A stretch of 63,724 bases of DNA, counting the filler, from Rhizaria sp. SCN 62-66 (taxonomy: Eukaryota): assembly GCA_001724265.1 (NCBI GenBank). It is 3 parts of 3 records of this genome, joined end to end, with 100 filler letters (N's around TTAATTAATTAA, not from the genome) between each part and the next. Parts side by side here need not be neighbours in the genome. Positions count along the whole stretch, not along the records: positions 1 to 22,598 come from MEDY01000437.1; positions 22,699 to 45,291 come from MEDY01000438.1; 1 more part is not named here. One strand, written 5' to 3'. The notes under the pieces are model-generated. The model was given only the letters and a program-made list of their open reading frames with translations. It had not been told where the DNA came from and made no database searches. The position numbers and the translations under genes are program-made. Numbering within the stretch: the stretch's first letter is position 1; the number at the start of each line of letters is the position of its first letter. Of this stretch, positions 11,737 through 23,409 are shown one piece after another.

Positions 11737-14700
11737 ATGGCTTCTCGTTCTGGTCTCTCTTCCCGTACTCTGGGCCTGGGGCTGGTGGCGTTCTACCTCG
11801 CCGCCCTCACCGGTGGTCTCGCGGCCGGTACCGAGCTCGGCGCCAAACCCGACCTCTTCCCAGCGGCCCCGAAGGGTGCTTGGGACCTGCCCGTCCACCC
11901 GGCCGGTCCCGTCGCTCCCCTAGGCGCCTCTAAGGTCCCCACGGCCTCATCCCCGGCCAAGCTGCCATACTTTTCCGACCCCATGTTTGCGCAGCACGTC
12001 GGCATGCCCGGCAAGCTCCCCGGCACGCGCGTCGTCGAGGGCATGGGTGTCCGCACCGAGGCCTACCCCTGGCTCCAGGCCGCGCTCCACCCGCACCTCG
12101 CGCCCCCGGCGCCCAAGGGCGCGCAGCCGCTCATCTACAAGCCCATCGCCGCGCTGCTTGGCCGCGACGCCCCCGGCGCCGCCGCGGGCCGCCCCGTCGT
12201 GCCTGTCGCGTCCCTCGCCGCGGGCCCCATCGACATCCCGGACCCGGCCAACCCGTCGACCGAGCCCGCGTCGTGGGCCGTGCTCTCTGGCAAGGCACCG
12301 GCCCCGCTGCCGCCCATCCTTGCTGAGCCCCCGTCGCCGCCGCGCGAGCCCGCTGACATCAAGGCGGACGAGCAGCGCCAGGCCGCCGCGCTCATGGAGG
12401 TCCAGGCGGCGGCCGAGGCCGAGGCCAAGGAGCGTCTCTTCCAGCAGACCCAGGTATGTGTAATCATTGATCTATCTACGTGTAAATATGTGTCATGTCT
12501 CCATAAGTTTCACTTTCATGTCAGGAATCTCACATCTCCATGTTCTCTACTCCTCCTTGTGTGACAATTCCCTTCAATTGACTTTAGGCCGAGCTTGAGC
12601 GTTACCGCGCTGCCGCCGCCGCGACCCCTGTCCCCGTGCAGACCGTGACGACGACCACTTACTACACGCACCCTTACATGGCCGGCGCCCAGGGCGCCCC
12701 CGCTGCTGGCGCGCCCGCCTACCCGTACGCTCGCCTCCCGGCCTACGCCCAGTTCTCCCCTTTGCCCGGCGCGACCCCGCAGCCCGCGCTGCACGGGTCG
12801 ATCCGTCTCCCCGACAACATGGACGGCTCCGAGGCGCGCTACCGCTCCGACCGTGCCGCGACGGACTACGACCGGCCGTACAGCGCCGTGCCCGCCGCGC
12901 GCCCTGCGTTTGACGAGCGTGTTCTGCCGTACTTCCACTCGCGCGAGATGAACGGCCGCCACGACCACCCGATGGCCAATACCGTTGATCGTGAGATTGG
13001 CCAGAAGAGCAACCGCGTCGTCGAGGAGACGCTGCCGCAGTCGGGCCCCGCCGGCTGGCGTGACGCTGGCAATGACCCGTTTTCGGCCTATCGTGTCGCC
13101 ACCCCCAAGGAGGTTGACCAGGTATGTCATATCGACTATTTCTCTTCGATGTAGCACTATTTTTAGATTAAATTTAAAAGTTCGATATTTAAATGCATTT
13201 CACCAATATCTCTCTCTTTGTAAACTGTTTATTCTACGTTACTCACATTGTACTCCTTTCTTGGTTTCGTGTTCCCATACCTTGTTTCAATTCTGTCTTA
13301 GGGTGTCAACACGATGACCCGTAAGGAGTTCACCCGCGCCGACGCCCGCGCCCGCGGTCTTAACGAGACTGCCGTCAAGAACGCCGTTGACTCGATCAAG
13401 CCCGTTGTCCGCAACCCGATCGAGGTCGACCAGTCTGAGTCTGCCCGTCTCGCCAACTCTTACACCGCTCCCCGTGCCCCCACGGCGTCCCCGTCGGCGT
13501 CGCACTCCAACTCCCTCGCCCGCCAGCGCCGCAACAAGCGTCTTAACGCCACGGTCGCCCAGAGCGAGGCCGACAAGGCTGCGGCGGCGCAGAACTCGAT
13601 CTCGGCCAACGCCGCCGCGGACAAGACCGCTGCCAGCACGCTTGCGACGGTCAACAATGACGCTGTCGAGGCGGCCAAGGCTGAGGAGTCTAGCTTCCTG
13701 CAGGTAGCTGATGCTCCTGCTCCCGTGCCCGTGATTGCTCCCGCCGCCACCGCCCCTGCTGCTGCTCCTGCTTCCACTGCTGCTGCTGCGCCCGCGCCTG
13801 TGCCTGCCATGCGCCCTTCACCCAGTGCCGTCGCTCCCGCGCCCGCCGCCACTGCTCCTGCTCCTGTTGCTGCCCCTGCTGCTGCGCCTGCTGCTGCCCC
13901 CGCGAAGCCCGCTGCTCCTGTCGCTTCTGTTGCCGCGCCCGCTGCCGCCGCCGCTCCCCTCGCTGCCGCCGCCCCCGCTGCTGCCGCGCCTGCGCCTGCT
14001 GCTGCTGCGCCAGTGGTTGCTGACGGCAACAAGGTTGGCCGTGCTAAGCTGCACCTCTCCGCCCCCGTCCAGGCCACCGAGTCGGTCCGCGAACGCGAGG
14101 CCTCTGCTTACCCGCAGCTCTCCCCCCGCGCTGCCAAGCGCGCCCGCGTCACCGAGGCTGAGAAGATCGCTATCCGCAACGCGCAGCGCCTCAAGGAAGT
14201 CGACGCACTCATCGCCCACTCGCGCGGTCCGCTGTACACGCGCCGCCACGGGCACAGCCGCGCGGCGCTCATGGCCGCGCTCGACCTCGAGAAGCCTGCC
14301 ACGGATGACTTCGCGCCGTCCAAGCACAACCTCCGCAAGGCTCTCGAGGAGGTCGACATCGCGTACCCCGAGCTCAAGCGCTCCGCAAAGGCCGCCGAAG
14401 CGCGCATTAACCACGACCACCTGCTCGAGCGCGCCGCGTCGTCGTTCCGTGACGCCGAGATCGAGGCGATCCGCACTAACGCCGCCGTCGCGCGCCACCA
14501 GGACATCCTCGCCAACCAGGAGGCCGTGCTGACCGGCAAGTTCGCCCGCCTCGCCGCCGCACTGGACCGCAATCTGCGCGCCCCCGTTGAGCTGGGCGCT
14601 GTCATGCCTGGCTTGCGCCTCGTCGCGGGCGCGGACGTTGCCGGTATGTCTCTGCTCCAGACCCAGTCGACCGCTCAATCCACCGCCAAGGCGAACACGA

Positions 14701-14978
14701 AGCAAGAGGAGGAGTTTTCGTTGTTTGACGCCGAGCTCGAGCGCCGTGTCCGCAGCGCCGATACCTTCGCCGCGCGCCCCATGCGCGGCGGCGTCCACGG
14801 CAACGCGCGCGCCCCGTCTGCGCACAGCGAGCTTGCCCCCTCTGGCGCTCTGTCCTATACTTACGGCGGCCGCCCCCGTGGCGCGCCCCAGGAGCAGCCG
14901 CTGCGGTCGTTCCCCGATGATTCCGTGCTGCTGAGCACCGAGGAGAGCGTGGCCATGCCCGACTTCCTGCGTGCGTAA
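11737..14978 (+). CDS. Large secreted Pro/Ala-rich protein of unknown function
   Basis: Signal-peptide-like N-terminus (MASRSGLSSRTLGLGLVAFYLAALTGGLAAG; alternative ATG at 11716). Exons 11737-12453, 12588-13121, 13302-14978 joined in frame by two GTATGT..AG introns. Strong codon bias. Stop TAA. Confidence 0.8.
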
Positions 14979-15478
14979 AGCGAGCGTTCGGGACAGTGCG
15001 CTCTCTTTTTAAGTGAATGGTTGGAGGAATGATGAGATGATGGTGTTTGGTGATGTTGTTGTTTGCGTTTTGCGAACCATATCTCGAATGATGATGAAGA
15101 AAATGTTTAATGTTTGAATACATTACATACCGATTATATCGTATTATTGACTGTTTCTTCGTTCTGTGTGATGATGCGTGATTGTTACTGCCTCTGCCAA
15201 TATCGCAGCTGTTGGTGGCGGGAAGTGGGGCAACGGGAACATCGAAGTGAGAGTGTTGTCGAGATGAGAACGATTGCAGTGGTGTGATCGTCAGTGGAGC
15301 TGAGTTTGATTTTTTTAGATCAAAGATAAATATGTAACTCTTGTGTCAAAGTTGTGATTGCTAAGCACTGCATTTATGGACTCTGATTGACACTACGTTT
15401 TTGCTTACTCCGCACTCTAATCTCGCCCCCCTTGTACTTCCCTCCCACACGATGTCTCTAGCCTGCAGACTCGCAGCC

Positions 15479-18400
15479 ATGGCGCAACCTGCGCGTAAGT
15501 ACGTACAAATACTACAAATCTACCTATAGATGTCTCAATACCCCTGATCTCGTTTGTGCTCAGTCTTAGCGGGGTGCGACTGACACAGCTTACTGCTCCC
15601 ACGCACTTCTCCTCCGAGTCACCACCTTTCTCACTTTCACACCACCAAACGAACACCAATCTCAACCAAACTAAACCAACACTTATAATACTACATGTTG
15701 ACCCGATATCATATTAACTCACTTTGTGTTGCGACTACAGTGTGTCTCGCGAGATCGCCGCCAAAGTGCGCGCTGGCTGGGCCCTCAGCGCCGTGCCATG
15801 CCCCATCTGCAACACTCTCCTCGTCCGCGAAAAGCCGTCGAACAAGCACTACTGCTGCCAGTGCCAAGTCTGGGCCGTAACCGAGGCTGAGGCGGCAACG
15901 ATGCGCCAGGGCCCCGCGCCGGCGTCGCTAGTTGCAGCGAAGCAGCAGAGTGACAATGCGAGTGCTGCTTACAAGCCCTTCAGCTACTCTGCCAACGCCG
16001 GCTCTCTGAGCAACATCAACAGCACGAACGCCGTCATCACTGCGAGTGCGAATACCAGCAGCAGCGGTGTCAGTGCCGCTAGCAAGCGTCCTGTTGCTGC
16101 GGTGGCTGCAGACTGGTCTGACGACGATGACTCTAACAGCAACAACAACACCGTCAACGTTAACACTGCTATTAACAGCAATATCCCTGCGCAACAGACT
16201 GAAGATACCGAGGTTGATCCCACTTCTCGCGCTGCCCGCGCCGCCGCGACCGCGCGCGCCTACGCTCAGCTCAAGTCTCAGGTTCAGAACTCGTACACAG
16301 AGGCTTACACTGAGCCCGAGGCTAACGATAACAAGAGCGACGCTGCCAATAACGCTGAGCTTGCTGAGACTGAGGCGGAGGCCGAGGCCAAGGCCATCGC
16401 TGCTGCTGTGGAGGCCGAGCTCTCCCGCTTCCGCGCCCGCTTAATCGCCACCGCCGCCGCTGGCACAAACGACGACTGCAGCAGCTATAGCGGGACCGAG
16501 AACGGTATTGCCGGCGGCGACTACGACGCGGGCGATGATGGCGACATCGGTGGTGAGTTTGCTGCGCTTGATGCTGCTGAGGATGCTCGTATCGAGGCTG
16601 AGATTGCAGCGGCGCGCGCGGCCGGGGAGCTCTCTGACGAAGACGTTCCGTCTAACGGTTCGTCTAAAGGTACTTACACCGGCTCTAAGGGTGTTGCGAC
16701 AAAGCGCAACGAGGAGGAGGAGGAGAGCGGCGACTTCAACAACAACATCAACAACGGCGACGACAACGACGGTGGCTATGGCAAGTACGATGGCAACGCG
16801 TATGGCAATGATTATGACGGTGACGGTGACTTTGACGATGACGATGCCAACTGGGAAAAGTACTTCGATGACACGTCTTCCCCTGCATACGCACTCCGCA
16901 TGCAGCGGAGTGACGCTGTGTCGGCGCTTACTGCTCAGCTGATGCTGCAACAGTGGTCTATGTCTCAGTACTCCTGCCCCAACGGACTCTTTGCCTGCAC
17001 CGGCCCGCTGATGCAAGCTCGGTACGTAATCACAAAACAAAAGGCTTGGTTGAGGTTATATATTTTAGTCATTTGAGAAAATAGTTTATATTTATTTTTA
17101 AATTTGCCTCTTTTATGTTTTATATCAAATTAACGGTATATGACTCATTTTTGGTCGATATATAATGACTTTCGTTGTTTTTATCGTCTCGCAGGCAAGA
17201 CGGCCTCCGCGCCCCGGCCCCCGCGGCCGCGACTCCGGCTTTACTTACCTACGCCCGCGCCAACCTGACCGAGCGTCTGGCGCGCGAAGTCGCCTCCGGC
17301 ACAATGACCGAGGCGCAAGCCCGCTGCGTCGACGTGTCGAAGCTCACGGTCCCGCCGGAGACTGTGCGCGGCTGGGTGGCGAAGGCGGGGCAGCTATGGT
17401 GCCCGCATTGCGGCTGCGTGTACGAGCTGGACCGCTCTACCGGTGGCAGCTCTGGCGAGGAGCTTGCGATTGTTGCGGGGGCCATTGATATCTCGGCCAG
17501 CAACACCCGGTACAGTGACTCGGACTCTGACTCTGAGACTGACGAGCTTAACAACAACCACGGCAACGGCCAGGACAACAACGACGACAAGAGTACTCGT
17601 GACTCTAGCAACACGGGCGTGAGTGCCGCAAGTTCTTTCACGGGCACGGGTACTGGAACACATGGTGCCGGTGCGTTGCCTCCTTTGCAGCAGAAGACCG
17701 AGGCCGAGCTCGATGCCGAAGCCGCGGCCGCTTGCGCCCCCGTTGCTTACCTCAACACGCCCAAGTCATCCTCGTTGATCGGCCAGTGTCTGGCACTGGG
17801 GTGGTCGATGCCTGAGCAGCCGTGCTTGCAGTGCGACACACCGTTAGTCTGCCCGCCCCCTTCCGACGACTATAACAATGATGATATTGAGAGCGATGGA
17901 TCTAAGCAGGTCAAGGCTGAGTGTGTAGCGTGCGGCGCTACTTACCCCGTCGACCCCCTGACACGCGAGGTGGTACTTACATCTGCCAGCACCGAGACGA
18001 AGCCATCAAAGGCCTCCAGCGACTCAACTACTGCATCTGTCTCTGCTGCCTCAGCTCCTGCTGCTGCTGATGCTACTCAGGGAGCGTATGACTTTGGCGG
18101 CGACGACGACGGCGACGAAGAGTGGAGTGACGAAAAGACCCGTGCGTTCCTCGCCTCCCCCGAACTCGCCGTGCGTTCCGCCGAGTCACGTGTCCGCTCC
18201 GAGCGGCTCGCTGCCGCGCTGGCACAAGGTCTCCGCATGACGTCGATTTCGTGTTGCGACTGCTATACGCCGTTGGTGGAGGATCCGGAGACGGGGAAGC
18301 AGAAGTGCGTTGGCTGCGGTGCCCGGTTCATGAGTGAAGCAGAGTACGAAGCCCTCCAAAGTCAAAGCCAGAGCCACGAGATCAACGTCAACGTCAACGG

Positions 18401-19601
18401 TGACAGCAACGGCGACGTCAGCAACATCAACAACAACGGTGATGGCGGCAAGAGCGACATCTATGATGCCAATAACCCGGCTGACGATTTCGCAAAGAAG
18501 ATTGCGGCGAAACTCGCTGCTCAGCGTACTCAAGATGCTAATGCAGCTGCTGCTTCTAACGCCGGAACGTCGTCTGCTCCTCTGGCTCTAGCTGAGCTTG
18601 CTGATGACAACAACAACACAAAGACTAACTCTACAAAGGCCAACACTCCGAGCTACAGCTCCCGCGCTGCCCCTGCTGCTGCTCCTGCTGCTGCAGCTGC
18701 GGCTGTGCCTGGTGTTTCTGGCCACAGCATCGCCACTCCCGCCCGCTCCCGCCCCCACCCTGCCGCTGCTGCTGCTGCTGGTACCACAACTCCCCGCGGC
18801 TACACTGCTAACTTGCCCGCGGCGCGCGCATTTGGCGGCGCCTCTGCCTACAGTGTTAATAGCGCTAACAACAGCGCAACGAGCAGTGTTGCGGCGTCGT
18901 TGCAGCGCATGGCCACTGTCGCCGCCCGCGCCGTCTCCGTCCACACCGCCAGTCTCGAGGCAGCACTCACCGCGTACGCGGATGCCGCGGCCGCCGGTCT
19001 GCCAGTTATGACTCCGGCCGCTGTCGCCGACTCGGTCCTGGCTCTTCCGGCTATGCTCGAGTGTCTGGTGTCTGCTCAACGCCACGCGTCCCGTGCCATC
19101 ACCACGAACACCACTTACAACAACAACGCCAGCGCTAACAACGCTGGTGCTGCCGTCGGGGCGAGTGCGTTTGGGAGTAGCGGCGCTGTGAGCAACAGTG
19201 TATGGGGCAGTCCTAGCCGCGCCAACGCTTTCGGTGCCGCTCGGCTTCCTGCGACCCCATCTCGGTCGCAAGTGACCGTCAGCAGCAGCGGTTCCGCAGT
19301 CAACACCAGTACTGCGTTGGGCCAGTCGACCAGCGGCGGAATGGCCGTGTCGTCCCGCGCTGTCGCCGCCGCCGTCGCCCGCATCGACGACGCGGTCCGC
19401 GTCACAGCCGCCGCGCGCGCCGCTCTGCAAGCCTGGGCAGACGCCGCCGCCAGTGCTATGGCCGCCGCAGTGGCGCGGGTGGGCGCCGGCGCGGGGGCCG
19501 GGGCCGTGGATGCGATGCAGCTGGGATCAGCGGTCAGTGCGGCGCTGGGCGCGGCGTGCGCGGCCGGCGCCGAGCTCGAGTCCCTCCGCAAGGGCCTCTA
19601 A
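15479..19601 (+). CDS. Protein with four Auto_anti-p27 (SSSCA1/ZNRD2-type) zinc-ribbon domains
   Basis: Exons 15479-15498, 15741-17021, 17195-19601. Four copies of S..[IL]...L..GW.M....C..C.T.L....C..C (e.g. GWALSAVPCPICNTLLV..HYCCQC; GWSMPEQPCLQCDTPLV; GLRMTSISCCDCYTPLV..QKCVGC). Stop TAA. Confidence 0.8.
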
Positions 19602-20212
19602 GCGGTGGTTGCTCAATTATAGTATGGCTTGGTTGAGTGCGAAAGTGATAGTGTGACACCTCATGAAGAAGTGCAATCATGTGTGCTCACTTTATTTGCT
19701 GCTCTGTGTTAGTCTTAAAGGGAGATGTTGTTAACTGATATTGATTTTTGCACATGGTGTTTGTTTTCATTTTAAGCTATGTGTATCGTCTGTTTGTGTG
19801 TGTTCGGACCGTTTTTTGCGAAGTGATGCTTCTACCGTCGATGCTAGTTTGCATCGTTGCAAGCTTAATAAAACACACGCAGATCTTAAACATGCAACAT
19901 TTCGATTTCGTACAAAGCATAGATCTTGAAGCAACTCGTTGCTCAACGACTGAGCATGTGTAAGCAGAAGAGAGTGCAAGATAAGAAACGTTTTGTATAT
20001 TGGATTTTGTTTGCTACAATTTGTAAAGCAAACATAATATTATTGAAAGTATATTAATCGAGAAAATCTAAGTATCATGCATTACCTCTGCAGTTATATA
20101 TCCTTATTTTAATAAAACCACCAAGAGCAAAATGTCTGGGATCCTATTTACGCGAACACTTACACTGACATCATTAAGAAGCACACGGATAGGCCTAAGT
20201 ACTCTAGAGTAC

Positions 20213-20656
20213 TTAGATGAGAACAATGGGGTCCTTAGACGCAGCCGAGAGGTTCACATACATAAGCCGCGCCCCGGGCCTTGTTCCAGCAGCAGCAGCC
20301 GCCGCCGCAGCAGCATTGGTATTGCCGCCGCTGTTGCCGTTGTTGCCGTTGCTGGAGTTGTTAGTATAGCCGCCCCAGCCTCCACGTTGAGGTGCTCCAG
20401 TGAAATCCATTACTCCGGCATCCATATTGCTATACTCATTGTGCGTATTCACGCCGGTATTGATCGCATTCCCGCCGCCGTGCCCGGTGTAATTCGCCTG
20501 CTGCGCACCGTTGTTGTTTGCGCTGACGCTACCACGGTTTTGCAAGCTCGCAATGGCCGGTGACGGCAAAGAACCGGGCGCGACGCCCACAGTCGGCGGC
20601 CTGTATTGAGTGTGAGAACCATGGGTACCTCCACGTGCTCCGGTCGCGCTCGTGTG

Positions 20657-20701
<45 letters not shown>

Positions 20702-22120
20702 ATTATCAGTGCCAGAAACAGAGCCGTAATAGTATGCGTCGTTGCTATAACCACCAAACGCAGCGCTACTGTTGTTGTTGTTATTATTGTTGTTCTGATA
20801 TTGTTGCTGTTGCTGTTGTTGTTGCTGGAGGGCGCGGGCTTCCCGCTCTTCTTCTTCTTCAGCAGCGCGGCGTTGAACAAGCTCGTCCGCGACGTTATCA
20901 TCCGGGGGCTCGAACACACGGCAGTCGGGACAGCCTCCATACTGCGTGACGTAGTGGTATAAGCATGCGACTCCCCAAACCACGACGCCTGCTAGCACAA
21001 GCCAGTGGCCGATACGGTTCCAGTTCTTGGTCAGGATGGAAATAGACGCGCAGATGTTGATGACAAGAGCGAAAAAGAGGGAGTATGTGCGGATTGTGTT
21101 CAGAACATCGACGTTGGACGGCCGAGCAGTGTAGTTGTACCAAATGAGGAAGAGAATCAACACGAAAATGGTGCAAATAACAATCCAAGGTGAGTAACCA
21201 CCGATTCCCCAGTAGGAAACGATGAATGCGGTGAAAACCTTAGCTTGGAAGTAAAACACCATGAAACGGTTGTCGAAATAGACTGCCTCAGAGCCACCCT
21301 CGCGGAGGACGAGGGATTTGTCGTCAATGATGGCGCGGATGAGCCGCGCCAAGAGCAGCGCATCGACGGTGTAGTAAAGCACAAAGACGACGATACCCAC
21401 GGAAAGCATGACAATATGCTGCTGGTGCCAGCACGTTACCGTGGGCAGCGCGGCTAACACTGGGAGATGGCCGCGCTCGTAGTCGCACGACAGGATGGAC
21501 ATGATCGTACTGGCGATGGGGAAGAGAAGCATCGATCCCAAGATCTGGGACGAGATGTACATAAACGTTTTATCGCCGGAATCCTTGACGATGACGTAGA
21601 TGGACACGGGGACAGCGACGGCAGCGAGTGCGACTGCTGTCCAGTACGTGTACTCGAATGAACTCTCTGTGAACTGTAAAAGCAGAGCCTTGGCGATGGT
21701 CTTCACCATAAGCACAAACACTTCGGCGGCGGAACGGTGGTCGCTGGTCGCGATAGGAGTTGACGCTGCAAACGAAAACGCAGCAAATGCGCAGGCGTCG
21801 ATGATAAGCGTGCAGAGCGCAATCCATGCGCTCACAGTGCGGGGGAGCCACATGCGTCGCGATTCAGCGATTCGCTGCGCTTGGAGCTTGCGGAGGTTGC
21901 GTATTGACTCGGCAGCAGCGCGGCGGCGCTGGGTAGAGCGGGATGAAGAGACAGAGTCATCGGCGTCGATGGCGTCGTCGTCGAGAGCGACGTGCTCGTC
22001 GTAGAGACCCTTAAGAGCGCCGGTGTAGCGGATGCAGAGGTTGAAGAGACGCAGGCAGCAGAGGAAGCAGAAACCAAGCGAGAGATTGATGCTTATTGCC
22101 GCAATCCAAATGTCCTTCAT
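20213..22120 (-). CDS. Multi-pass membrane protein (protist GPCR/TRP-C-like TM region) with N/Q-rich tail
   Basis: 635-aa ORF with about 9-10 hydrophobic segments. ILSCDY...LAALPTVTCWHQQH loop is of the kind seen in protist GPCR-like TM domains. Poly-N/poly-Q C-terminus. Stop TAA. Confidence 0.7.
20657..20702. repeat. (GTT)n trinucleotide microsatellite encoding poly-Asn on the - strand
   Basis: Pure TTG/GTT run within the 20213-22120 CDS. Confidence 0.9.
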
Positions 22121-22500
22121 TCTCCGCGCGTCTTACAAGCAAGACTACCGCGAGTGTGTGGTAGTATGTTGTTTGACGGACGTGGAAGAGCGAGGGACTT
22201 GTGCAAAAATCGAAGGCCTCAACTCCCCTCAAGTCTCTACGTCGCTCTCAGTCTGGCTTCCCTCAGCTCACGGTCAGCTCGAGCCCGCAGAAATGAGTAT
22301 ACGGAGGTATAGATCAATTCAGATAGTAATATAGTTCAGCAGGGGAGTACATTGAAATACCAGCAATGGATTGTTTATTCAATAAGAACGTAATTGGCAA
22401 TCCAATAACACGAGCAGCATCTTGGCGGAACAACTCGCTCTCTCCTCCCTTCACTCACATACAAAAGTCAACTTAAACGCACACGCACAAAGCAAACACT

Positions 22501-22598
22501 TTACGCGGTGGTGGTCTTCTTCTGGAACTTCTGGCCGGGCTTCTTGAAGACGCGCTTGGCAGGGCCGGCGTTCTCAACAGTGACGGGGACAGAGGACA
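22501..22598 (-). CDS. 3' end of a gene truncated by the contig edge (basic C-terminus)
   Basis: SSVPVTVENAGPAKRVFKKPGQKFQKKTTTA-TAA. Codon bias matches the well-expressed genes; UTR-like sequence follows. Confidence 0.6.
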
Positions 22599-22698
22599 NN
22601 NNNNNNNNNNNNNNNNNNNNNNNNNNNNNNNNNNNNNNNNNNTTAATTAATTAANNNNNNNNNNNNNNNNNNNNNNNNNNNNNNNNNNNNNNNNNNNN
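22599..22698. other. Artificial contig-joining spacer
   Basis: 44 N + TTAATTAATTAA (stops in all frames) + 44 N. Confidence 0.97.
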
Positions 22699-23409
22699 TA
22701 GTTTGACTGCAAATTGGTGGGCAAACCGGTGTTTTGACCGAAGACCACTGTGAAAAAGTGACTGGGAAAACAGCTAAATTGATCAGATCTCCGCATAATA
22801 ACGTCCTCAAAATAAGACAGTAGAGTATAATGTGTTTATTAGCAATTGAAATGTTGTGCACGAACTAAAACCCAGTTTTACGACATATCCATCAAGATTT
22901 CGTCAATAACAGCAATCGGCCCAATTTGTGCCCCCCCTGTAACACTTGAGAACACAAGATGCAGCAAACAAGATGAAAGGGCTAGAATAGGATTATCTCA
23001 GTAACAGAAGACCTGTCCGCATTAGGACAATAAATAAAAATGCTTGCACAGCTACATACTCACATATTGCATTTAAACAGTGACGCAGCAGCGACAGCTG
23101 TGTTATGTTGCGATGCGCCTCTTAGGAATGACACAAACGCAAAGAGCACCACAAGCAAGAAAGAAAGGGAAGAAAAGGAAAAGAAAGCACAACAGTCATG
23201 TAAACAAAAGTTCACAAGAAACAAAAATAAGAAAACAGAAAGAACTAACTGCTTAATACACACTGTTAACATCACATAGTTCCCACAAATCACATCAAAA
23301 TGGCTGCATCCATCCTCAGACTGACTCGCTCAGCTAACTAACTGACTGTCTCGCATCGCCTCGCATCGACTCGACTCAACTCACCCACCCACGTCAGGCA
23401 CCCCTCGGC

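Noticed and set aside
22599-22698. TTAATTAATTAA palindrome flanked by Ns (also 45292-45391)
   Set aside because: Identical 100-nt construct at both sites; an artificial all-frame-stop linker, not biology. Gene adjacency across it is meaningless.
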